Below, piece after piece: positions 51,500 through 62,157 of a stretch of 64,000 bases of DNA. The translations under genes and the position numbers were made by a program. The stretch's first letter is position 1, and the number at the start of each line of letters is the position of its first letter. The stretch is from Auanema rhodensis (taxonomy: Eukaryota > Animalia > Nematoda). Under the pieces are notes generated by a model. It worked only from the letters and a program-made list of their open reading frames with translations, searched no databases and was not told the DNA's origin. The stretch covers positions 10,788,001 through 10,852,000 of the forward strand of contig OZ059899.1 in NCBI GenBank assembly GCA_964057225.1. Direction: 5' to 3'.

Positions 51500-52782
51500 T
51501 ATGCTTCGTAGGTGGTAGATATCGTCTTTTCTTCATCGGGTTGTAGCATGGCGACTTCGTTGTGTGATATGGGTTCAGCTAACCTTACTGGTATTCTACA
51601 GGTCTGATGAGGAAAGATATATTGTGGATTTAAGTTTATCAAATTAATGACAAATGATGTTTTTCTAATATTCCCGTTATTTCCATTGGCTAACGGTACT
51701 ACGCGGTTTCCGATTTCTAACGTTTGTTTGAATGGTCGAAGTTTCATACCGATATTTTGACGATCGAGTGTTTTCATAAAATCTAATCCAATTAATGCTG
51801 GTGATGGACAGTCTTCATCTCTTGAAATGAAGAATGTATGATCTATTTCATATCCAGCGATTTCTACGGTCAAATCAATTGTTCCCAGAAATCGAAATGC
51901 TGATCCGTTTGCTGTCGTCGCAACAGATTTATCCTTTTTTACAAAATCATTCAAAGTTAAGTAATGTAATGTCGAGAGTCTGATATAACTAATCGATGAT
52001 CCTGAATCCCAAAGAGTTAGGATTAGTCTATCGTTAACAGTCATCAATAGCAGTGGTAGAGATTGGTCTTTGCGATTGGAAACTGAACAAACTATAGCTA
52101 GTGGAACTAAAGTGAGAAACGATGGATAGTACTGTTTCATTATGTTCCTTGGTATTGGCTGATCAGGTTGACTTACTAGCTCTAATGTTTCTTCATATGT
52201 GGGAAGATCGTTGGTTTGATCTCGGAGTTCGATATGCATGACTTGCATGCCTATTGGTTTGAAGAAATATATTTTCGCAACGAAGGCTAGTACGATCAGT
52301 ATAACTACAATAATTGTAATTGCTCCAATAGTGATGAGTGTTCGTTCAATCGTTCCTGCTATTGTATCGACAAAAGAATTCCATGTACTTTTGGTGAATT
52401 CATTGGCTTTGGAGATGTAATCACTACTTTTCTTCAATATGCTGAATGCTGATGATATTTTTGGATCATGATGAATTGTGTGAAGCACGTGATTTTGACG
52501 AATCGATGCTAAACTAGCACCATAAGCAATGGCTGTTGTCATTGAGTACACTCGAGATGATAAGTTGGTGTATAAGTGTGCTCCGGTGAATTTTAATGGT
52601 GTGATCTTTTCATGATGGAGTCCGTCCCGCATGGATATAAGACTGACGTCTACAGTACCATTAATTCCTTTCCATTCACCGTCTGTTGACCATACGTCTG
52701 TTGGTACGTGGTCACAGTTAATTTCTTTACCATGAGGTAATAGGTCTTTCGATCCTGGTGCGGCAAACAGTAATTGTCCTTC
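51496..52782 (-). pseudogene. Element B env C-terminus (TM, tail) plus aspartic protease
   Basis: IERTLITIGAITIIVVILIVLAFVAKIYF TM; WDSGS protease; in frame with env across TAA at 52783-52785. Confidence 0.9.
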
Positions 52783-55668
52783 TTATGTTAATACTGGGGT
52801 TTCGAGATAACATGTGCCATTCACAGTGTGATTGTGATATATAGTCTTTTGTAATACTACCGGGCAAACATGTATATGTAATATCTCGCTGCCTACAAAT
52901 CTTGCGGCTATATCTTCTCTTCCCAGTATTGTACGCATAGCTATTGTTGGTTCAATTTGTAAAATTGATCTCCATAATTCAAGATACCTATTTTGGATCT
53001 CACATATTGATTCGTATGACTCTTTAAAATGTTTCTGCAGTTCTTCTTGAATCATAGTTGTAGCATATTGCAAATGATCTTGTGCAATTCTGCTTGTTAT
53101 GTTTTGGCGAAACTGTTGTTCAGAGTCAACTTTTGTGGCAATGTATTGAGCATTAGCCTGTACAGACTCTATATCGGTGGCTGTAGGCGTTGATGATGCT
53201 CTATGTTTACGAATCAAAGATATTGGTGTATATGTAGTTTCTTCCATTATTGGAATTTGTTGATCTTGATGAACAGCGTAGAGAATAGTCGTTGGCGGCG
53301 CGCGGGTCGATATTGTTGCGCGCGCGGTTGTCGTTGCGGTTGTATGGCGCGCCGTTGTTTCGGGCTGGGCCATCGATGAAGGCGCGCGCGCGGTAGTTGC
53401 TGCGGCTGCCCGAGGGCTTGTAGATGTTTGCGGCAGTATTGCGGGATCTGTTGTGATCAGCGCCTCACGATCGATTATAGGGAGGGCTGCCATCTCGGCC
53501 GCGCCGCCTGCCGCGTTGCTTGGCGCACGCGTCGTGGTTTGCAACGATTTAAGTTGGATTTTCTCTGTCATTAATCTTTTTAACTGTTCTGATGATATTC
53601 TACTAGATGTATTAGGCAAAATATTATCGTTTAGTAGTGGTAAAAATATTTCCAATAATAAGTTCTTAGAGATGTTGTTGGGCTCTATGAGCTTGGGATG
53701 TGGTCCAATTGGTATTCCAAAATTATTCTTGATGTCATAGAACAATTTATCAGTATCAAGTACAAACATTCGTGAAGATGGAAGGTTTATAAATTTTATG
53801 TCATCAATATCAGCTGCTGTTTTATTTCTTCTAAGCGTAACGAGAGTTTTTAGCTCATGTACAAGGTCAATTGTATCTTTTATAAATTTGCTGTTTCTTT
53901 CTTCTTGATCAGTTAATAATTGTTTCCTTATTGGTGGCATTTTTACGAATGCTTTTAATATTTCTTGTCTTGATGGAACTGTTAATTTGTCTTCAATTAT
54001 AACTGGTGTATTGGCTAAATCAAGAGCAATAGTTTCAGCACGCTCTCGATAAGTGCCTTCTTTTGTACGAATTAACCGATCAAATTCAATAACGGTCAAA
54101 CGATCTGATATTTGTTGAAGAAGTTGCCTGGATGTTAAATAAGATATTCCAGCTTTAGTAGCTAAAGCTAATTCTCTTTGAGCAACATATTGTAAAATGG
54201 CTTCGTCTTTATCACGGAAATCATATTGTTTGAGAAAATGTCTTAAAGATTTCTCATAAATTTGAATTTTAAAGAAAAATTCAAAATTTTCACGATGGGC
54301 TATTATCCATTCTTTCAAGGAATATGTAGGGTCTACCATACGTCTTCCTTTAATTAGAGGAATAATTTGTGTAATTCCTGGATTACTCATAAGTGGTCTT
54401 AAAAATGGATATGGGCAAATTCGAAGCGTGTACGTTTCAAAATCTTCAACTTCATTTATTCTATCCTGATCGAATGGGAATGAGCATTTTGTAGAAGTTG
54501 CGCGTTTAGGTCTTTTGAACGGCAATTTCTTAAATTCTCGTTCAATTAGGAGTGTGATATTGTTATCATTAGGATATTTGGGGAATGTTATATAATTTCC
54601 TGATGTTGTGTGGAATGCTGGTTGTCTAAAGCAGGATGCAATTGGTTTTGGTGTTATTTTACTCGAAAGGATAAGCGCTGATTGTGTACTTGGAATCAAA
54701 ATAGTTTCTTTGCTTATTATAGCATCGTAGTAATGCATATCGATATAATTACAACGGGAATCCGATGTTTGGGGATCCCATATAATTATTGATGTATTTG
54801 ATTTGCAATTACCATGATGAGCACTACAACCTTCAGTGTTTAGTATTAAATTGGATAATATTGTATCATCGGGCATGCGGGTCATGACTCCGCGCTCTAG
54901 TACTAAACGCGGCCGCTCCTCGCACTCGTCGCGGCTAAACGCGCGCGCCGGATCATAGGAGGGCTCTGGAGTTGCTTGTGCTATACTATCGATTCTCTCC
55001 AGCTCCATGTTATTCCATTTGCGATCGCGAATCGCCTGCCTGCACTCGTGCGCCGCTATAGGCTGCACCCTATCGATTGTTCTGTTTGTGTCGCGGAGGA
55101 ATAACAAATCGCGTACACACAGCTTGTGTACTTCCTTCGAGCAGCGCCACGCGTCCCACTCGTGAGCCGTGTGGTTTCGCGTGTATAAATGGATTTGTGT
55201 ACGTAGCACATGATTTGTTTCTGTTAATTTACATTTCTTTACTACTGGTGGAACTAATAAGGCTCCTCCAGTTGCTTTTGTGCAAATTTGATATGAAGTT
55301 ACACATGGCAGGAAAATTGCTACTGTGATTGCCATTACAACCGTTAGTGATAACGGTGAAAGGGTCACAGAGTTAATTCGTGGTGTGCTTCTATCTCGTC
55401 CTCTTGATTGATCTCTTTGATTGTTAAAATGGACTCTTCTTTGTCCGTTATGTTCATTAGTCCTTCCTCTTCTATTATTGTTTGAAGGATTAAAATTGTT
55501 TGAATGCCAGTTGTTATTAAATCGTCCCGAATTTCGTTCATAATTATTGTTACGGCGATAAGTAGCAAAAGAGCCGTTACGATTTTGGTTGTTATTATAT
55601 TTTGAAAAGTTTTTTATTTTTCTGATAATTTTGATAATTATGATAATTTTTATTGTTTTGGTTATCAC
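52783..55668 (-). pseudogene. Element B gag C-terminal N/R-rich region, internal signal peptide and gB-like env ectodomain
   Basis: LSLTVVMAITVAIFLPCVTS-YQIC; Cys pattern shared with A; furin KRPKR; ICEIQNRYLELWRSILQIEPT...AARFVG...C motif. Confidence 0.88.
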
Positions 55669-57046
55669 GTGGATAATTACGATCGAAATTTCGGTTATCT
55701 CGTCTCTCGTTTGTGCGCGCGAAAGGAGCTAGTGCTTTGTTTACAGCATTGACTAGCATGGACTGCGTGTCTGTTGTCTGGTTCATTATCGATTCTTCCC
55801 AGCGAGCGGCCTCAATCGCATCCGTGAAGGATTTTGGCTTCGCTCGAATCACAGCTGGTTTCAGAGTATTTTTTAGTCCTCTGAGGAAAGTTGATCTTAA
55901 TATGTGATCTTTGTGAGGGTCATCCGTGGCAAAAGCGCTTAGTGCAATCGTTCTCAGTGATTGAGCGTAAGCGTCAATTGTCAGATCCCCTTGGGTTGTA
56001 TTTTGGAGATTGATCAGCGCGGGGTCTTGATTATATTCAGGACACAGCTTAGATGTTAAAGCTCTTAACAGGTCATTCCATGAACCGGTGGTTTTTAATT
56101 GTTCAGGTACTTGCCTGTACGCTTCTTCCGCTGCTTCGTTTTTAAGAAGCAAAGGTAGAAGGGCTAATCTTTCCGGGATTACCAGACCTACAGCGTTGGC
56201 AAATAGGTTGAATTTAGCCGTGAAATCTCGAAAGTTGCGACTGCCATCATAAGTTGGGCAGTAGGGTGATAACAAGGCTTGCGCTATGGTAGTTTTCCCT
56301 GCCCCAGGTAAAGAGGGTTCAGTTGCCATATTACTTGTACGGGCAGATGGCATTTTTATCACTCTGCCTGTTGTTAATGAGTTCTCAGACACAAGGGTTG
56401 TGTGTACTGAGCGGCTGGGTTGGTTTGGTGCTTTTGAACTTCCTGTTTTTGTATTTGATAAAATTGGGGTTGAAGTTTGGTTATCAGTAATAGCAAGATG
56501 TGTATGTTCGGGTGGTTGTATGGGAGATAAATTAATGTTTGGAACCGACGAGTATCTATTCGTGTGACTGGTGTTCAAGTTTCGATCTTTTGGTGAACGA
56601 TTGAAGAGATCAGAAACTATGTTTTTAAAAGTTTGTAAACCGCCTGCACTAGTAGTGGCTACTGAAGGTGAAACTGTTGGTTCAGGGATGGACAGAGAGA
56701 GAGATGCGTCCGATTTGCTTGAGTTTTTATTTTTATTTTTCTTATTTTTATTTGAATTAGAGGAACGTACCTTTTTAGCAGTAACTGGTGTTTGTTCTTC
56801 CACTATGATGGATGTTTCTTCTCCTCCTGGTGGTACGTAATCCTCGTCGCTTAATCGTTCAGTAGGTGAATAAGTGCCTGCACGAGGAGTAAAGAACTTG
56901 TCGGTTTTGTGCTCGGCTTTCTGCTCGTCTTCGATTATAACGATGCTCTGCGCGCGAGCTCGGCTTCTGGTGAGTGGAGCTGAGTCTCGCAGATCAAAAT
57001 CAGTTCGTGTACTGAGAGGTACAGCTGATCGGAATCGCTTATCCAC
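55595..57046 (-). CDS. gag: Element B Gag (retrotransposon capsid); start uncertain (57046 is GTG, first ATG at 56353)
   Basis: PTYDGS...F...F; W.DL..AL; QG..TI..Y..SL; FLRGL; PKSFTDAIEAA capsid-like pattern; position right after the leader. Confidence 0.85.
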   Translation of the reverse strand: MDKRFRSAVPLSTRTDFDLRDSAPLTRSRARAQSIVIIEDEQKAEHKTDKFFTPRAGTYSPTERLSDEDYVPPGGEETSIIVEEQTPVTAKKVRSSNSNKNKKNKNKNSSKSDASLSLSIPEPTVSPSVATTSAGGLQTFKNIVSDLFNRSPKDRNLNTSHTNRYSSVPNINLSPIQPPEHTHLAITDNQTSTPILSNTKTGSSKAPNQPSRSVHTTLVSENSLTTGRVIKMPSARTSNMATEPSLPGAGKTTIAQALLSPYCPTYDGSRNFRDFTAKFNLFANAVGLVIPERLALLPLLLKNEAAEEAYRQVPEQLKTTGSWNDLLRALTSKLCPEYNQDPALINLQNTTQGDLTIDAYAQSLRTIALSAFATDDPHKDHILRSTFLRGLKNTLKPAVIRAKPKSFTDAIEAARWEESIMNQTTDTQSMLVNAVNKALAPFARTNERRDNRNFDRNYPRDNQNNKNYHNYQNYQKNKKLFKI

Positions 57047-58445
57047 TTTGGTAGCGCTCTTGGTTTGGAAAAACCTTGAGTGTTTAGTAACGTGGGGGAT
57101 TTTGAGACGTTAATGAGTGTTATGGATAAGGAGTTTTGGAAAAGGGGTGAGAAAGCTGTGCGTAACTGGTTTGTATAGTCGGCGTTAAGGAATGAATCTA
57201 AGTTGTGGCCTTTAACAGAGATCCGCCTACTACCGTATGAAAATTTGGACTTTGTTCGCTTTCCAATTTAATATTCTTAAATGTATATAATTCAACCAGT
57301 TTGTATATGTTCAAAAATGTTCAGTGCTCACTTGATTGATGCCTGAGCAATCTCATTAGTCCTTATTCCCACTTTTTTTTCTTTTTTTCTGACGGTTCTG
57401 ATCTTCTTGGACTCACGAGTGATCGAAAATGCCACGAAAATGGACTTTGGTAAATGTTCAAAGGATTTTAGCGGTTTTCATAATGTACATTCGTAATAGC
57501 ATTACTCTTTTAAGGAAGCAATTTGGAAAACGAATGAGTACCGTAGTCCCATCATGATCAGAAATCTAGTTTTAAAATTATGGCTAGGAATAGATGACTA
57601 AAGATTACAATAACTATATTTAAAGAATTATGGTGTTTAGGAATGAGTCTTATGCTTCAAAACAACAATAACGGTATGAGGAAGGTGACATATAGTAAGG
57701 GGAGAAAATCCAAACTGATATGCTTAAGCCAACACGACCTGATAGACAATCACTAATAATAATTCAGTTCGTAAAATTGTACAGGATTTTTCGGACTATA
57801 GCGATCTTAAAATTCACTTTTCATAATATTCCTCCCATTTAGGTGAGGTTTCCCGTGTAAATTCAATGCGTTATCAAAATATTTTTGGATGTTAATGGCA
57901 AAAAGTTGTCTGAACAGAAATGTAACGCAAAATAAAATAGTCCTGATCGCAAAATATGAAATAATCTCAATTTGGTGCGCAAAATTGTTTCATCCACAAA
58001 AAATAAAGAAATAACCGTGGCTATTCTTTCCTCGAAGCCAAAATCAATCCTTAAAAGGAAAAAGTGTGGGCATAAATCTCAATAAAAATTATCCTTGGGT
58101 GAATTTGTTCACTAATTCATCCTAGGGTCCTCAAAAATGCTTCGAGTTCGGGTAACAGAGTATTCGATGTTAACAGCAAGGATATAAAAATTGTTGGGTT
58201 CAGACAGACAGAAAATTGTGAACAAACGGGAAAATATAACTTCAGTTTCAAAAAATATAAAATATCCATCTAAAAAAAGGAGTGGTCCTTGCATCTGTTC
58301 CCTTTTAAACGTTGTTGGCCCCACCGTATTGTGTTAAGACATGGAGTAGATGGTTTAGAGATATAAGAGAATTCAGATTCAATGAAATATTGAAAATAAC
58401 GAAATATAAGAGAAAATAGTCAAGAAATCAAGATAAAATGTTCGA

Positions 58446-58458
58446 GGTGGAACCTCCA
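58446..58458 (-). promoter_or_regulatory. Primer binding site (tRNA-Gln), identical 13-mer to element A
   Basis: TGGAGGTTCCACC abutting the 5' LTR. Confidence 0.88.
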
Positions 58459-58795
58459 CGTTCCGTTATGCTCTCACATCGATCCTATAGACCAATAAAG
58501 CCTACAAGATGAGTGTGATAGTATTCCAGATGTAGCGGTAGATATAGAGCATAATGGATAAACATAAGACTCGAGAAAGAAAGGTTTATTATGTCTACAT
58601 GATTACAATAAGTTATATAAGTCTACATAAAGATATAAAGTGAAAGAGAGCTAAGAAAGGAAGACCAACCATCCATAGTCATTCCATAAGGCAAAGCTGA
58701 AGTCTGTGTTCCATATGAAGGGCGTGTCGTCCTCTCTCAGCCTCATGTCGTCTGATTCTAACCCGCCTGCTACGTATTGATTTCCGAATGGAACG
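58459..58795 (-). repeat. Element B 5' LTR (337 bp)
   Basis: Direct repeat of 47406-47742. Confidence 0.96.
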
Positions 58796-58822
58796 CGCTC
58801 TAACCGACTGAGCTATGGCGGC
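58796..58822 (-). pseudogene. 5' part of tRNA-Ile gene split by element B
   Basis: cgctctaaccgactgagctatggcggc resumes after the LTR. Confidence 0.94.
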
Positions 58823-59415
58823 TACGAAAGTATGAAATAACAAAGCGCTGATTATAGGAAACGTGAATGAATGCAGATATTCTCAATTCCGATTCATTAA
58901 CTAGATCGTGGTCAGCATTTTACAACATTGATAAAATAGAAACTGAGAAAAAAACATCAACAAATGACACTATTAACTTGGTTTTTTGAACAGCTTTTTT
59001 ATATTTCTTTTTTCACTATGAGAGAACTTATATTTATTGCTTTTTCAAAATTTTCCATTTTTAACATTATACATCTTGACTATCACACATTGAGAACAAC
59101 AGTTGGCAATGTTGGTTGTCACGTCATATTTCATGCAGTTAGATTTTCAGACACATTAATACCTTTGACCATTCTTCTTATGAGTTTTGTAACGATTGAT
59201 CGTAATAGGAAATGAATTGCTATAATATGAAAAAATACAAGACATAGTCAACATTGATTTCCCCAAATAGTATCATGTTTGCTTGTTATTCAATTAGAAC
59301 ACTTATTTTTTGATTGTTTTCTTGAAATATTCTTTTTTTTTCTTTAACAAAGTTATGACTGAGATCAAAATTTGAACTTACTTTTGAACAATTAAACAGA
59401 AATTTAAAAAATATT

Positions 59416-59489
59416 TGCCGCCAGCAGGGGTCGAACCTGCGACCTTGGGCTTATTAGACCCACGCTCTAACCGACTGAGCTATGGCGGC
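59416..59489 (-). tRNA. tRNA-Ile(AAT)
   Basis: Same as 6605 copy. Confidence 0.96.
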
Positions 59490-60082
59490 TACGAAAGTAC
59501 GAAATAACAAAGCTCTTATTATAGGAAACGTGAATGAATGCAGATATTCTCAATTCCGATTCATTAACTAGATCGTGGTCAGCATTTTACAACATTGATA
59601 AAATAGAAACTGAGAAAAAAACATCAACAAATGACACTATTAACTTGGTTTTTTGAACAGCTTTTTTATATTTCTTTTTCCACTATGAGAGAACTTATAT
59701 TTATTGCTTTTTCAAAATTTTCCATTTTTAACATTATACATCTTGACTATCACACATTGAGAACAACAGTTGGCAATGTTGGTTGTCACGTCATATTTCA
59801 TGCAGTTAGATTTTCAGACACATTAATACCTTTAACCATTCTTCTTATGAGTTTTGTAACGATAGATCGTAATAGGAAATGAATTGCTATAATATGAAAA
59901 AATACAAGACATAGTCAACATTGATTTCCCCAAATAGTATCTTGTTTGCTTGTTATTCAATTAGAACACTTTTTTTTTTGATTGTTTTCTTGAAATATTC
60001 TTTTTTTTCTTTAACAAAGTTATGACTGAGATCAAAATTTGAACTTACTTTTGAACAATTAAACAGAAATTTAAAAAATATT

Positions 60083-60156
60083 TGCCGCCAGCAGGGGTCG
60101 AACCTGCGACCTTGGGCTCATTAGACCCACGCTCTAACCGACTGAGCTATGGCGGC
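60083..60156 (-). tRNA. tRNA-Ile(AAT), A37G variant
   Basis: gggctcattagaccc: loop CT-AAT-GA. Confidence 0.88.
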
Positions 60157-60749
60157 TACGAAAGTACAAAATAACAAAGCGCTGATTATAGGAAACGTGA
60201 ATAAATGCAGATATTCTCAATTCCGATTCATTAACTAGATCGTGGTCAGCATTTTACAACATTGATAAAATAGAAACTGAGAAAAAAACATCAACAAATG
60301 ACACTATTAACTTGGTTTTTTGAACAGCTTTTTTATATTTCTTTTTTCACTATGAGAGAACTTATATTTATTGCTTTTTCAAAATTTTCCATTTTTAACA
60401 TTATACATCTTGACTATCACACATTGAGAACAACAGTTGGCAATGTTGGTTGTCACGTCATATTTCATGCAGTTAGATTTTCAGACACATTAATACCTTT
60501 GACCATTCTTCTTATGAGTTTTGTAACGATTGATCGTAATAGGAAATGAATTGCTATAATATGAAAAAATACAAGACATAGTCAACATTGATTTCCCCAA
60601 ATAGTATCATGTTTGCTTGTTATTCAATTAGAACACTTATTTTTTGATTGTTTTCTTGAAATATTCTTTTTTTTTCTTTAACAAAGTTATGACTGAGATC
60701 AAAATTTGAACTTACTTTTGAACAATTAAACAGAAATTTAAAAAATATT

Positions 60750-60823
60750 TGCCGCCAGCAGGGGTCGAACCTGCGACCTTGGGCTTATTAGACCCACGCT
60801 CTAACCGACTGAGCTATGGCGGC
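60750..60823 (-). tRNA. tRNA-Ile(AAT)
   Basis: Same as 6605 copy. Confidence 0.96.
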
Positions 60824-61416
60824 TACGAAAGTACGAAATAACAAAGCTCTTATTATAGGAAACGTGAATGAATGCAGATATTCTCAATTCCGATTCATTA
60901 ACTAGATCGTGGTCAGCATTTTACAACATTGATAAAATAGAAACTGAGAAAAAAACATCAACAAATGACACTATTAACTTGGTTTTTTGAACAGCTTTTT
61001 TATATTTCTTTTTCCACTATGAGAGAACTTATATTTATTGCTTTTTCAAAATTTTCCATTTTTAACATTATACATCTTGACTATCACACATTGAGAACAA
61101 CAGTTGGCAATGTTGGTTGTCACGTCATATTTCATGCAGTTAGATTTTCAGACACATTAATACCTTTAACCATTCTTCTTATGAGTTTTGTAACGATAGA
61201 TCGTAATAGGAAATGAATTGCTATAATATGAAAAAATACAAGACATAGTCAACATTGATTTCCCCAAATAGTATCTTGTTTGCTTGTTATTCAATTAGAA
61301 CACTTATTTTTTGATTGTTTTCTTGAAATATTCTTTTTTTTTCTTTAACAAAGTTATGACTGAGATCAAAATTTGAACTTACTTTTGAACAATTAAACAG
61401 AAATTTAAAAAATATT

Positions 61417-61490
61417 TGCCGCCAGCAGGGGTCGAACCTGCGACCTTGGGCTTATTAGACCCACGCTCTAACCGACTGAGCTATGGCGGC
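61417..61490 (-). tRNA. tRNA-Ile(AAT)
   Basis: Same as 6605 copy. Confidence 0.96.
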
Positions 61491-62083
61491 TACGAAAGTA
61501 CGAAATAACAAAGCTCTTATTATAGGAAACGTGAATGAATGCAGATATTCTCAATTCCGATTCATTAACTAGATCGTGGTCAGCATTTTACAACATTGAT
61601 AAAATAGAAACTGAGAAAAAAACATCAACAAATGACACTATTAACTTGGTTTTTTGAACAGCTTTTTTATATTTCTTTTTCCACTATGAGAGAACTTATA
61701 TTTATTGCTTTTTCAAAATTTTCCATTTTTAACATTATACATCTTGACTATCACACATTGAGAACAACAGTTGGCAATGTTGGTTGTCACGTCATATTTC
61801 ATGCAGTTAGATTTTCAGACACATTAATACCTTTAACCATTCTTCTTATGAGTTTTGTAACGATAGATCGTAATAGGAAATGAATTGCTATAATATGAAA
61901 AAATACAAGACATAGTCAACATTGATTTCCCCAAATAGTATCTTGTTTGCTTGTTATTCAATTAGAACACTTTTTTTTTTGATTGTTTTCTTGAAATATT
62001 CTTTTTTTTCTTTAACAAAGTTATGACTGAGATCAAAATTTGAACTTACTTTTGAACAATTAAACAGAAATTTAAAAAATATT

Positions 62084-62157
62084 TGCCGCCAGCAGGGGTC
62101 GAACCTGCGACCTTGGGCTCATTAGACCCACGCTCTAACCGACTGAGCTATGGCGGC
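62084..62157 (-). tRNA. tRNA-Ile(AAT), A37G variant
   Basis: gggctcattagaccc. Confidence 0.88.

Larger units (their letters stand above)
47406..58795 (-). mobile_element. Element B: full-length gag-env-pro-pol Ty3/gypsy element, 11,390 bp, coding region disabled
   Basis: Two 337-bp LTRs, TSD cgct (47402-47405 / 58796-58799), tRNA-Gln PBS, gag, gB-like env, PR, RT, RH, IN fragments in order. Confidence 0.96.

Noticed and set aside
55600-55625. AAAAAAC as a programmed -1 frameshift between gag and env
   Set aside because: The heptamer is phased in the downstream frame and the required shift is +1; a single extra A in the homopolymer explains it more simply
30568-57113. Short plus-strand ORFs overlapping pol/env/gag (e.g. 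30568, 31026, 50856, 56286)
   Set aside because: Antisense shadows of the retroelement coding strand
60110-60130. Apparent CAT (Met) anticodon switch in gggctcattag copies
   Set aside because: CAT is on the non-coding strand; the coding strand keeps AAT and changes position 37
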